Origin: Octopus bimaculoides
Lineage: Eukaryota
NCBI RefSeq assembly: GCF_001194135.2
Contig: NC_068983.1
Span: 141,877,055-141,941,054, forward strand
DNA length: 64,000 nt
Direction: 5' to 3'
Below are positions 24,171 to 36,632 of this stretch, piece after piece. The notes beneath the pieces are model-generated. The model did no database searches and had not been told where the DNA came from. It saw only the letters and a program-made list of their open reading frames with translations. The stretch's first letter is position 1. Every line of letters starts with the position of its first letter. A program made the position numbers and the translations under genes.

Positions 24171-26661
24171 TGTATCTTTTCTTTCTCCTCCTGTTTCACT
24201 ATTAAACTATTTACTGCACTCCAACGAAGACATCTACACCCTACAACAATCTCCCACCACCACAAATCTCCTAGGGTTATCAACAATATATACAATTCAA
24301 CAATTATTGCTGTTAAAAATGATTTAGCTTGAAATATTTTCGCCCAATTTTTTTTTTTTTTTTTTTNNNNNNNNNNNNNNTTTTTAAGAAAACTTGTTTC
24401 AAAGTTTCAAGAATGTTTTTCCTACAGAAAGTTATTTAAAATGTTTGAAGAAATATCGACTATCCAATGGAATGTATGGTCTTCTGTGTGTGTGTGTGTG
24501 TGCGTGTGCGTGTGTGTGTGTATGTGTGTGTTCTTTTAAGTGGTTTCAATGTATAGGGCTGCGACCATGCTGAAGCACTGCTTCAGTGTTCTTAGATTCC
24601 AATACAAGCCAAGAACATAATATATTGATCCGAGAGAGATAAAAAAAACAATGTTGACTACAATGTAATTATATAACCCTCAGTACTTAGGGTGAGGACA
24701 CGCGGGCTATGGGTTAGACTGTTAGGCTCACGATCGTTAAGTTGGAGGTTCGATTTTCGAGACAAGTAATACGTTGTATCCTCCAGCAAAGCAATTCATT
24801 TCGCAGTGCTCCTGTCTACTCAACCAATAGAATAACTGCAGCAGCTGGGGGTTTACTTTTAGGAGGACGTGTTGTATTGACTCTACAGGGATAAAAAACA
24901 AGATCGACTACGGTATATTTTTGAACGCTAAGACGGAATTAAATTGCAAAAGGCATTCTACTAGTTTTGTCACTCCATCTGTTATGTTCCCCCTAAATAT
25001 TACTTTGTTTAAAGGCAGCAACTTTAAATATTTCATTCGCTTAATTAATTGTTAGTTGTTCTTGTTTTTGATGGATTTTAGTTCTCCCATCTGGTTTCTG
25101 CGAGGTCATCTGTGTGTGTTAGGCTAGGATTTTCAGAAAAACGAATCAACTTAGCTAATTCGCACATCACAAATACAATCTGTAAGTGGAACAGTAAAAA
25201 TATGCAAGACTTTTTTCTCAATGTGAATTTGTTTTTGTTTTCTACACTCCGACGACAGAGCTTCGTATTTTTGCTAGAAACCAGTTCCTTCCTCGGAGGA
25301 AGATTTCAAATGATTAAAAACGGAAGAGAACATACATACATACATGTTTGGTGTGTCTGTGTCGATTACAGATGCATGTAGAGGATGAAACTAATTAATG
25401 CAGAGGGTTTGAGGGTTGCGAAATATTAAGACAGCAACATGTATGTACCTTTAGGAGGATTTTGCTGCTGTTTCTAGCAGTGTGAGCAGCTGCGTTTAGC
25501 TTTCGCTCACTGACTTAAATATTCCTAAATAGAGGATTGATGTGTTTTATCTTCATACTTGTAAGAGGATCGAAGTGCTTTACTGGCGCTGTTGCTTGGT
25601 GAATTATAAACCTACAATTTCTTCATTTTCCAGTTTTCGATTTGTTGTTAATGATTTTCATATATTTTTCAAGCCGGTAAAATTATTTTTGTATTTGTTA
25701 CCACGATATTTGTCCATGTTGGTTTATATCAGTCAATTGATGTCAAGTGTTGGGTAGCATCAGTGTGCTGTTATCATGTTAGAGTGTACTATTGAGCTGC
25801 TGTCATTGTTAAGAATCATTTCCCCACTCAATATTGGGTAATAGCAATTATTGTAGGAAATGTCATTCTCTTTATTTATGATTTTAAAGTAGCTTCCTTT
25901 GTCAAACAGATTTTAGTACATTAAACAAATTCAGGACCACATAAAAATTTCCTATTCTGCTTGAAATGGATGTGTGTGTCTATGATGTAACATAGCTTAA
26001 GACAAAACCTGCCTCCTAGATTTTTAGCTCGTTCATATCATAAGCTGAAGGATTTTATCAGTTTTCCTGATACCTTTGAAATGCATGTACTACTGGAAAG
26101 AATTGCAAATGGTGGAGCATCAGCCTTGCGTTATATAGTTTCATTCTTCTACGTTCTGAGCCCAAATTCAGTCAAAGTCAACGTTGGCTTGCATTCTATC
26201 AGAGTTGATTAAATAATTGGCCGTCATTTATTAAAGTCAATGGGTTCTATTTAGTATTTCAATCTACTATAAGAAGCTAAGAGAATCGACTTATTAATTG
26301 GAGGAGAAGGGCGTTACTTGTAGCCTTACATTTCTTCAAAGCTTCCGAGACTGGTGAGAGGAAGGAAGCAGGATTTCATCAAACCAGAGACCTGGTCCGA
26401 ATTTTATCAATAGGATGTATTCTAACAAAAGTACTCAATCACCAGGTGGTGGCGTTAACCCGACGACGGGTTAATTCTACCACTCAAATTAAAAGTAAAT
26501 CTATGTGACCATGCACCTGTATCTGAACATTGCAATTGTCTATATATGTGAATTTGAATGATGTTCAATAATAGCTAAACAAGAATGGAAGTGTACGTTA
26601 GATCGTTGTATGTATTTGAATATTCTTATGTTATACATTACAATTTATTATATCTTTATAG

Positions 26662-26837
26662 GCGCCTGATCATGGCCAGAATTCGATGAATCAGTATGGT
26701 AATGGTACAAGTGACCAGGAAAGCAGTGGGAAAGTTCCGGGCGCTTTGTTAAACACCATGTTGAAGAACAAAGATCAAAAGCCATTTGCGTATATTCCTA
26801 GTGGAATCGACCTGAAAGAACTTGCAGAGAAAAGAAA
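26662..26837 (+). CDS. Upstream coding exon of Zasp/PDLIM-like gene (phase 0 to 2)
   Basis: Bounded by tctttatag| and |gtaagt. 58 codons plus 2 nt: APDHGQNSMNQYGNGTSDQESSGKVPGALLNTMLKNKDQKPFAYIPSGIDLKELAEKR. The phase-2 end joins the exon at 52288 in frame (aa|a = K). In-frame ATG at 26686. Confidence 0.75.
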
Positions 26838-27649
26838 GTAAGTGGGACTGATTATCTAATGCTATTGTTGAAATGTAATGTAGTAAGTACAATGGAAAAC
26901 AAGATGTTGGTTTTACTGAAATGTTTCTCCATTGTGCCGGTGTTGCTGTTGTCATTCTTGATTCACGTTTGTTTTGATGTTATTGAAATTTCTTGTTCTT
27001 ATTATTTTCTTTTTCTAACACTCTCTTCCCCCGCCACAACACCAATTAAAATAACTTCATTACGATAAGAAAGTCTGGCTCACAATATCTTAAAAAGATC
27101 ATTGCAGTCTATGTGTTTATTTGTTTGTGTGCAAGTGGGTGTGTGTGTGTGTGCGTGTGAGTCTGTGTATGTGTGTCTATGTGTGTGTGGGTGTGCACGC
27201 GTACGTGCGTGTGTGTGTGTGTGTGCGCGCGTGCTTGTGTGTACTTCTAGCTGTAGGCATGGGTGTATGTGAGTGTGTGTGCAAATATTTTAAAATCTGA
27301 TAATATTTTGATAACTTATTTCTTTTGGTACTTCTATGGACGCTTTGCAGCATAGAGACAGTGATGATCATGATGATAATGATTGTTGTGGTGATGAGGA
27401 TGTTGATCCCACTGTGAAGTGTTTTCTGCTAATTAGCACTCGGTGGTGAAGTATTTGATTTCATTTTTGCAATAGAGCATATTATAGGTTGTTGATAAGT
27501 GGAAATTAAACGTACTGTGCTATGCCCATCGATAAAACGTTTCAGTTTCATTGATTCAATCCATCTGGGTAGAAATTGGTGTAATGACTTAGTACATCTC
27601 AGATGAGAATCTACGTGTAATGGCTGGTGTACTTTACTTAGAGTTCAAC

Positions 27650-27687
27650 ACTATATTACACCATGCACAGGCGTGGTGTAATATAGT
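27650..27687. repeat. Short perfect inverted repeat (14 bp)
   Basis: actatattacacca pairs with tggtgtaatatagt around a 10-nt spacer. Confidence 0.9.
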
Positions 27688-30600
27688 AAATGTCGTGTGA
27701 ATGTCCTACTCAACAACCAGAAATTTCACGTCATCCACGAATTGACAAACGATCAATCTGTCAAAAGAAAACGACATGTAGTTAGTTGATTCGACCTTCA
27801 CTAACACATGTATAAATCCTAGTAAGGTGAAAATAATAGTGGCTCCCAACAAGATTATGAACTCAGAAATTCAGGATTGACTTAATCGACTTAATTCTGG
27901 CAAATATTTAGTCAGTTTACAAGACCACCTTTACTTTTTGCATTTCTGGAGTTGATAAAACAAGCATGAATACTTGTAGATTAGATTTAATCAACCATAT
28001 AAAATCCAACCTTTATGAAATCCGCGAAAGAAGAAAATACCTTCCCCTCCAAAATCAAATTCTGTTAGCGATTACAGATACTATAATACGAAGGCAACAC
28101 ATTGATGAGTATCAAATTTCTATGTGTAAACAATATTTTCTAGTCGGGGAGCAACGGTGTGTTTTAGCGAGGAGTTCAGCGAACTATACGGATCATCTAA
28201 CCGTTTTGGTTTGTACGTCGATGCTCTAACCACTTAACCAGCTGTAACTTCAGCCTTGCTGAAATTTCATCCCACTTTCTAAAAGCAAATTCTTTCAATG
28301 TTTACAAATGTTTCATTGTGATATTAATTTATCTATGAGTTTTCAATGCACCTCTACATGCATAAAATACTCTCTAAGAGTTGGTTTTGAATTTTTGTAT
28401 ATTATATTGTCATTGAAGTAAAATTTGTATTTACTAACTTAATGTTAAATAAATATTTGAAGGAGTATATAAGTGTTATAGTGACGTTTAGTAGATTTAA
28501 GCTTCTATATCTTATTGTATCAAAAATATTTGTCAATATAATTGTGGTTATTTCCTAAACACTTCCTTATAAATTTTAGTGTGAAACAGTCTGTTCGTGT
28601 GAAAATGCACTTTATCAAAAAATCTTTCGTGGGAACTTTGTAAATATTCCTGAAAAGGAAAACTATAAGCTTTAGGCGTTTACAACCAGAAATTAACAAT
28701 CACTACAAGTCAACGAAGCAGCTTCAACGCGATTGTCCGATCTGCTAAAAATAGCCACCAAATCTCTCAAATCACTATCATCCTTTAAAAAAAAATGGCA
28801 GACGTGTGTAATGTGATCTGAATTAAATTGTGTCTTATAAGACGGGATGGTTACTGCTGGAATATCTTTGTTCGGTTATGGCTGACCTAGAGCTAAACAA
28901 CAATAATTATCATGAGAGTCTTGACTTAGCAGTTTGTTTGATCTGAATATCCTACTTCTTTATCCCTTGCTGCTCTGTACCTTTCGGCACGTGTCAACGA
29001 TTTTTATCATTTTATCATTTTTACATCCAACGTTTTGTTTCCTCTTATAACATTCACGTTTAGGATTTAAGCACAAAATATGCAATGTTAAGATCTTTGA
29101 CCATGTGTTAATATAGTATTTTTTCAATCATTTTGCAGTGTCTCGACGGTTAATTAACTCACATTGCTTCAATCTGATTGAACGATGTCCTATATTTGCA
29201 TTTGAAATGCATAACTTTTCTATATAAAAGATATACACCCTCTCTCTTTCTAACATGAAAAAATTTTATGTCTATACAGTTGCCTCAACATATTTTAATT
29301 CTGCAATATATCGATAAATTAATGTTGTATGCTCTGTTAGTGAAGTTTAGCACCAGATCAACCCCATAGTCAAAGATGTCCCTGCGGCGACAATCGGAAT
29401 TTTCTTTCATGGAACAATGTAGTTAAGGCTACATTATCTTGTGTGTCTTTTTGGCTGCGAGGATGTGATTTGAGAGAGGTTTAGCTGCTGTTCTTAGCAA
29501 TTTGAATGATCACAAAAAGGTCGTCTTAGTGGCTTGATTTTGTGCATAATATTTTAACTTACGACTATCATGTTAAAGGATGGCAGTTTTCTTTTAACAG
29601 TCCGTTGAAAATACATATAGAAGTGTATAAATATACATATAGAAATGGAATCTCAGTTGTTGTTTTGGAAGAAGAAATGAAAATATGTGAAGTGCATCCC
29701 TTCCCCAAGGCCAAAAATATGTAACGTCTACAAGCAAGAACTGGCACACACTGAGATCCGAATATGATTCCCCAGAACTATATATAGTGTCTAAAGGTAC
29801 ACGTTACAAAATGTTAAAATTTTTCGAAATTATACTTAAGTGTTTAGTAGGAGAGTTTGGTTGAAAAAAAAAAAAAGACAGTTTCCAGAATTGTTCAGAA
29901 GAGAAAATTTATAGTTCGGCTTTATAAAGCAGAAAAGTTTAGGAAATATGTTTGATACTGCAACTTCGTATATATCATTAATTATGTTTTCCTAATTCCA
30001 CATTAACTATTAATTACACATCTAATTTTATCTGAATCGTAAATGCAGATCCGTGGTATTTCAGGAATTCATATAACTATTTCATTTTGCAAGGTAATTA
30101 TTATAATGATTCTTGTATTGGCACATTCCACAAATTTTATGGATAAGTACAGTCGATTGAATCGACACCAGTACTAGATTAGTATTTAATTTTATTGACT
30201 CTGAAATTATCTAAGATAGCGTAGGCTTATATGGGATTGAACTTAGGACATGAGAGGATAACTTAGTTAACACATGTTTATGTTTCGAACATTAATAGCC
30301 CAGGCTATTCCTAACTTAATATCACCATCTAGAGTAATGCGTTAAGTCATCTTTTGGAACATCATATCTCACTCGAATAGGGAGTTGTTGTTTTTGTTGT
30401 GTGGGGGGGGGGGCTAAAATTATTTGAATGTCGTGGTTTGTCTGGTATTTCTGAGAGGAATTTATCCATCCAGGTGCCGTTTGAATGTTATAGGGCCTTG
30501 GGGGTTTTTTTTTGGGGGGGGGGGGGTTACTTCTTTGATTTCTGTCGGAGTAATGTTTAATAAAATGGGAGTAGCTGAGGTAGAAAAAAATGTATCGTAA

Positions 30601-31189
30601 TGTTGTTCTATGATGCAAGCTCGATTTTTGTATGGGTATATAGCATGAGGGTGTAGTCTTGGTTGACTTTGTGAACTTGATACCGGCATTGTTTTCACAG
30701 TGATGAAATATTTTCAACATTATACTAATGATGCAGTGTTTATGATGACGTAGGAGAGTTTGAGTAAAGTATAATTTTTTAATTTTACTATATCAACTAA
30801 TACAGCGAACAAAATAATTATTCAGAGCCTAACTGTGAAAACTACTAATTCGTATTATAAAAGTATTTGCATACATAAAATTGTACATATAGAATTTTTT
30901 AAAACGTTTGACAATTGAATTTCGAAGAGAGTAAATTTTAATTCATCGATCAAAAATATTCAAATTGTCAACAACTTTCGTGATGAAAACTTTGGACCTT
31001 GACAATTAATCCAACATGTCAAAATATATTGTTGCAATGTCACAACATGTTTGCAAGTATTTTCCTTTTCTTCCAAGGATAATTAAAGTTTAGAAATTCT
31101 AACAAGTTTAAAAATCTGCATACATCAACACACATAACCAAATATGAATACGCAATGTGTGTGTGTGTGTGTCTGTGTGTGTGTGTGTT

Positions 31190-31873
31190 ATTTATTCAAA
31201 GGACACAATACATGCATTTAAGTGCTATTTTCATATGCTGGGAAATATTCTTCAGGCGCAAACTACATATCATAACGAACTAAAAATAATAGAAGAATAA
31301 TAGAAGAAACGCCAAAAAGTAAAAACGGAAAACGAAAACACAAAAACTAAAATGTAAAAAATGAAAAGCAAAACAGTAGAAGAGCTATCTTCCTTATACC
31401 TTAAATCATAAGGCTGAAAAAATAACAAATTAGTCGGGAATAGGCAAATTTTTCCAATTCTTCAAAATATATTTATATATATGCTTGCAACCACTGAAAA
31501 TTTCTGATCCAGAGTTCAGTAGAGAGTTAGGGATCTTAGATCTGAACAGGACCTGCGCTCTTTCAGCTAAACAAAGCCTACATTTATTCGATCCATTCAC
31601 ATAAGGTATGGATTTCTCAATTACTTTCCATTTAATCACATGTGGTGTTTCATTATCTTTCAAGGTCCATACGTAGCTAGCCAACTTAGTAGCTTAACTT
31701 TTGTTCCTATGCCTGAAGGAGGCTGTGATTGGCATAGCGAGTTTTAAATTCACCTTCACATAATCTAATACAGGTACTCTTTGGTTTGCACCTGAAGAAT
31801 ATGTTTGAGTATTTCGCAACGTATGAAACTATCGGTAGCGCTTAAATACATGTATTGTGCCCTTTAAATAAAT
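31190..31873 (-). mobile_element. 5'-truncated Penelope-like retroelement with inverted terminal repeats
   Basis: Minus-strand GIY-YIG C-terminal remnant: (Y)I.LCEGEFKTRYANH / SFRH...TKLASYVWTLKD...IKWKVIEKSIPY.NGSNKCRLCLAE...LLNSGSEIFSGCKH (31430-31775). It lies between inverted arms 31190-31263 and 31784-31873 that carry HHR cores. Confidence 0.85.
31788..31841 (+). ncRNA. Minimal type I hammerhead ribozyme motif in Penelope terminal repeat
   Basis: GCAC-CUGAAGA-AUAUGUU..AACGUAU-GAAAC-uaucg-GUA|-GCGC. Stem II is 7 bp and stem III 2 bp. Stem I has one mismatch (gcac; the homologous left arm has gcgc). Confidence 0.7.
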
Positions 31874-31941
31874 GATATTTATCTCTCACCAGATGTAATA
31901 CTTTTTTTTTTTGTTGAATTCTCTGTCACGGAACAATACAT

Positions 31942-31942
<1 letters not shown>

Positions 31943-32029
<87 letters not shown>

Positions 32030-32030
32030 T
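31943..32030. repeat. (GT)n(GA)n microsatellite
   Basis: Directly visible. Confidence 0.95.
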
Positions 32031-34026
32031 GTGTCTGTGTATCTATATGTATGTATAGACATATATATGAAGAAAGTGAGGGAGCGAGAGAGACGTACAA
32101 TGATTCATATAAATACGTATAAACTAATACTTCGTTCTATGTTTCCTCTGTAAACGAAACTTTGTTATAACTACGTAAAGTTGCTACAATTAGCAACTTA
32201 ACTGCAAAAACCAAGGTAAAAATGTGAACCATTCTCATTGATAAGCCATTCCCGAAATTTCCCGCCTAAATTTAAACCTCCTTGTAAGAAACCATTTTGT
32301 TGCTTTTTAACATGCGTAAAAGAAAGCAATCACTCGTTCATATTTGGATCGTTTTTGTATTCGTGAGAGTTTGTTCGTGCAACATTGTAACACTTATTTC
32401 TTTCTTTAAATTTTTTTAAATACTTTTATCTCATCACACCATGTAATTGTAATAAATACATTAGATATGAAACTACAAGTTATAAAAATAGCAGAAGGAG
32501 AAAAAAAAAGTTCTTTTGGAATCTTTAGGACTTGCACTATCAGCTATAATATTTGTGGATGATCTAAAGTGTGTAGAAAACAATCTAATTTCCATAGCAT
32601 TCGTAAAACGGGGAAAATCAAGTGCTTACATGCTGGCTGTATTAGAATCTTTTAACATAGTTATAGCATTGTGGAAACAATAGAATGCTAGAAAGAAGTT
32701 AGAGACATTTGTCATATTAGTGTTTAAAGAAAATTGTGTCCATATGTAGTTAAGCAAGACTATAGAATAAAGGATGAAACAGTATTTGAAGAACTTGATG
32801 CAAATGATATCCTTGAGGAATTAGCAGAACTACTAGCGTCTAGTTCAGTAAGCGAAGAGACAACCGATTGCAACAGAAATCTTAGCTAAGAGATTCAGTA
32901 AACTACTAACATTTTGAACCAAGTATAGCGCCAAATCGTTATAGGGGAGAATTAGAAGTCTGTAGTAAAGACTGGCTGGTAGCATCTAGAACACCTTTGA
33001 TTATAGATCTGCTTAATGTAGGTTGAACTGGAGTTCAACAACGGAAACAGTCATGTCCACTCATCGACGCCTTTTCTTTTCTACTCATGCATTAGCATGT
33101 CCCTTCAGGCAATGCCTTTACATCCGCTAATTAATTTAGGTGCCATTTTCCTACATTTATCTCTTTTTGTTCCCGTAAATCCATACATCTGATTTCTCAT
33201 TACCCCGATCTATATCTACAATGCTTCTGCTACGCTATGCTTCTAAAAAGCATTGAAAGATTGAATTTGGTTAGAAGATGATGAAGTGTCGTTTTTAATG
33301 TATGAAGTTCGAGAGGAGTAGAGTAGAGGACTGGTTGGTATTTTGGAACACCTTCCTACGTTCCTATTTTATGGCAAGGATCCAAGAACAGAAGGTTTTA
33401 AGAGACTCGAGACGAGAATCTAGAAGAAATAAAAGATAAACACATCAGTAATAACATATGCAAACTCCTCCTACTCTCATTTACTTCGGATATGAAAATA
33501 AGATTAGTTGACCATTGTAGATTTCACACATTTTTTAAGAACCTCAAATGCAAAAGTTGTAGAAATCCATCCACTTGTAGGAGATATTCTGAACACGTAA
33601 AATGTCTAAACGGGAACAGCTGTTATAAAGGAAATCTGTGGATTAAAATGGCTCAACCAGGAACCGATCTTCCAGCGCAGACTCAGCTAACTGGTTTCTT
33701 ATCTATCATATTAAATGGAGGAGTGACAAGTAGGTCGGGTGGGTTTGAATGCAGTGGGGTGTGCAGTTAACTAGTTCAAAAGAGCAGAGGCCGTTATAGC
33801 AGCAATAGAAGAAGCTGAAAGTAGAAATAAGACGTTTGTGAACCGGTAGTTGAAGTATGTTCATGGATGAAACTCTGATGACCAGTCGATGGATTAGTTC
33901 ACGATGCACTTGTGTGTGCAGATTTTTCTGTATTAAAATGACACAATAATAGTTACTGTACTGCAATGGAAGAAACGTTGGGGGGTTTTTTGACTAGCAT
34001 TGATGCGAGAGGTTTCGGATTGACGA

Positions 34027-34027
<1 letters not shown>

Positions 34028-34066
<39 letters not shown>

Positions 34067-34145
34067 GGTGGTGGTGGTGGTGGTGGTGGTGGTGGTGGTT
34101 GGAGCAGGAGGACGAGGACGAGGACGAAGATGAGGAGGAGGAGAA
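34028..34145. repeat. Compound (GTA)n(GGT)n(GAG/GAC)n repeat
   Basis: Directly visible. Confidence 0.92.
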
Positions 34146-35650
34146 GGAACTGAGTAATGAAGCGAGAGAAGGGTTAGACTAACAGTATGTATTAGAAAGA
34201 AAGTAAGAAATTAGTTCTTTTGCTAACTAACCCCTGTCTGTCCATGCACTTATACTGACCACCACCAACCGAGCTGCTAACGTTAAGCCAGCATCAAGGC
34301 GGTGTTTTAATCCCTATTGTGTGTCTATATCTATTAATTCCTTAATCTGACCTACAAACTTCTTGGCAATTTTACAACTGAATCATTACACTCGTTTACA
34401 TAAACCCTTATATAGACACCTATACACACACATTTATAATGACACCTGCACAAGTTTTGTACACTTAGAAAGAAGCCAACACACCAACACCTACACAAGT
34501 TTCAACTTACAAACAACCATTATACCGAGTCTTTCAGTCTCTTTGTTCTTTCCCTCTTCATCTCATTTCTCCCTCCATACATTTATATCGTTTTACACAC
34601 ATTACAATACTTCAAGTATATTGCAATATGCACGCACGCACACACACACACACACACGTATGCACACATGTTCATACTTGAAACTATTTCTTTCGCGCAT
34701 TGTCTCTCTATGGTCTGTGTGTATAGCTATGTACGTGTGACTGAATAAAATTACTCCCATTACCACATATTAATAATAAGACAGCTATAACTTAAGCTAA
34801 GTGTATTTTTTATTAATATTATGTGAATCAGGTAGTAGAAGAAGATATGGTTCTGAAGAGCAAAAGAAAAATCGAGATGAAGTTCCCAGTTCCTTAGATG
34901 CTCTTAGAATATTCGAGTACATATTACTTTAATCTCCGCCTTAATTTTATTGGTATTTCCATTGTTTTTGCTTTTGTTCAACCCTGGTCGAGCAAACCAA
35001 TGACCAAAGGCTAACCAACTGTAACTACTCGTTCTTATTTTCAGACATGCTGTATCTAGAACTACACTATCCAATGTATTGTTCAGCTTTTAAGTTGTGA
35101 CTTGAGAGAGATCTTGTTGCGACTTCTTGCAAATTAGTAGTATAGATTCCCCATTTGGGAAAAACTTGGATAAGCTAATTTTTTTTACTGTAATCATTTT
35201 ATCCATGATTTCAATGTGATTTGAAAAAATACTTCTGGTCCTGCAATATTATCATCTCTGCGCTTATGAAATATGCTAACAAAAACATGACAATAATTTT
35301 TACATTTTTGATAACTGCAAATATATTTGCTGTTACCAAAAATGTCTCTAAATGGATTGCGTAATTGTAGTTTTAGGGCGTCATATATTATGTTAATTAG
35401 ATACAAACTCTACTCACCACAGGACGTCCAACATATTAGTCGCAACATTCCCAAGATTAATATCTATTCTTGACATTTGGGTAGCGTGAGACTGATAAAA
35501 AAAATTAAGTGTCCACTGATATTCAACGAAACTCCTCCATGGAGTTCAACGTAAAATTTGTTTCATGTACAGAGCATTTAGGGCTATAACATCTGATGCA
35601 CCCTTCTGCTTTTATTGCTGTAGAGCGTAGTTTGAGCTTCCTCTAAACTG

Positions 35651-36033
35651 TGTTGGCACTCCGTCGCTAACGACGTCGAGGGTTCCAGTTGATACGATCA
35701 ACGGAACAGCCTGCTCGTGAAATTTACGTGCAAGAGGCTGAGCAATCCACAGACACGTGTACCCTTAACGTAGTTCTCGGAGGATATTCAGCGTGACAAA
35801 GTGTGACAAGGCTGACCCTTTGAGTTACAGGTACAACAGAAACAGGAAGTAGGAGTGAGAGAAAGTTGTGGTGAAAGAGTACAGCAGGGTTCGCCACCAT
35901 CCCCTGCCGAAGCCACATGGAGCTTTAGGTGTTTTCGCTCAATAAACACTCACAACGCTCGTTCTGGGAATCGAAACCGCGATCCTATGACAGCGAGGAC
36001 GCTGCCCTAACCACTGGGCCATTGCGCCTCCAC
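35651..36033 (-). mobile_element. Full-length tRNA-derived SINE, family A
   Basis: The minus strand starts gtggaggcgcaatggcccagtggttagggcagc...ggtttcgattccc (A and B boxes) and ends ...cgacggagtgccaaca. CpGs are largely intact. Confidence 0.93.
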
Positions 36034-36594
36034 TCCTTTAGACTAATTACCACTGTTATAAGAAAGGCGATTTCATCGACTAAATCTTCACAGATTAGCC
36101 TTGCAGTTTGTCGAAGAAAATCAATAATTAGTATCTTTTTACAAGAACAATGTCTCAGATGTATATGGGCGGGGAAAATGAGATGTAATTTTTATCCCGT
36201 TCCCGAACGCATTAGCCTCATTGGTAGAGTAAAATGATAACAGGCCGACATTGAAACCGGTCTGCATGCATGAGTCTTCGGTAGTTTACCCTTTGCTCTA
36301 TCAGCATTGACCATATTAGTATAGTCAGTTCTAAATATTTCCGCCTTGTTTAATGTCTTAGGCATTTATGAAAAATATTCAAAATTTTATTTCTTCCGTT
36401 CACATATTTCCTCAGCACAAACAATTTTGATTCCGCGCCCCCATCCTCTAGGTAAGAGTTGTTTGTTCTGTTTCCTGGAAGTGATAAACTAAAGGGAAAG
36501 TAAAAACCAGGTCATTTAGACTATCCGTTTAAGAAAATATGTTACAGAATATATATTTTTACACACACACACACACATACACATATATATGTGA

Positions 36595-36632
<38 letters not shown>

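Noticed and set aside
26415-26472. Short ORF MYSNKSTQSPGGGVNPTTG just upstream of the 26662 exon, with an 8-bp hairpin
   Set aside because: Available donors are phase 1 and incompatible with the phase-0 acceptor at 26661.
32540-33260. IFVDDLK and ISGCKGIA fragments suggesting a restriction-like-endonuclease LINE
   Set aside because: Pieces are on opposite strands and heavily interrupted; plausible but not supportable.
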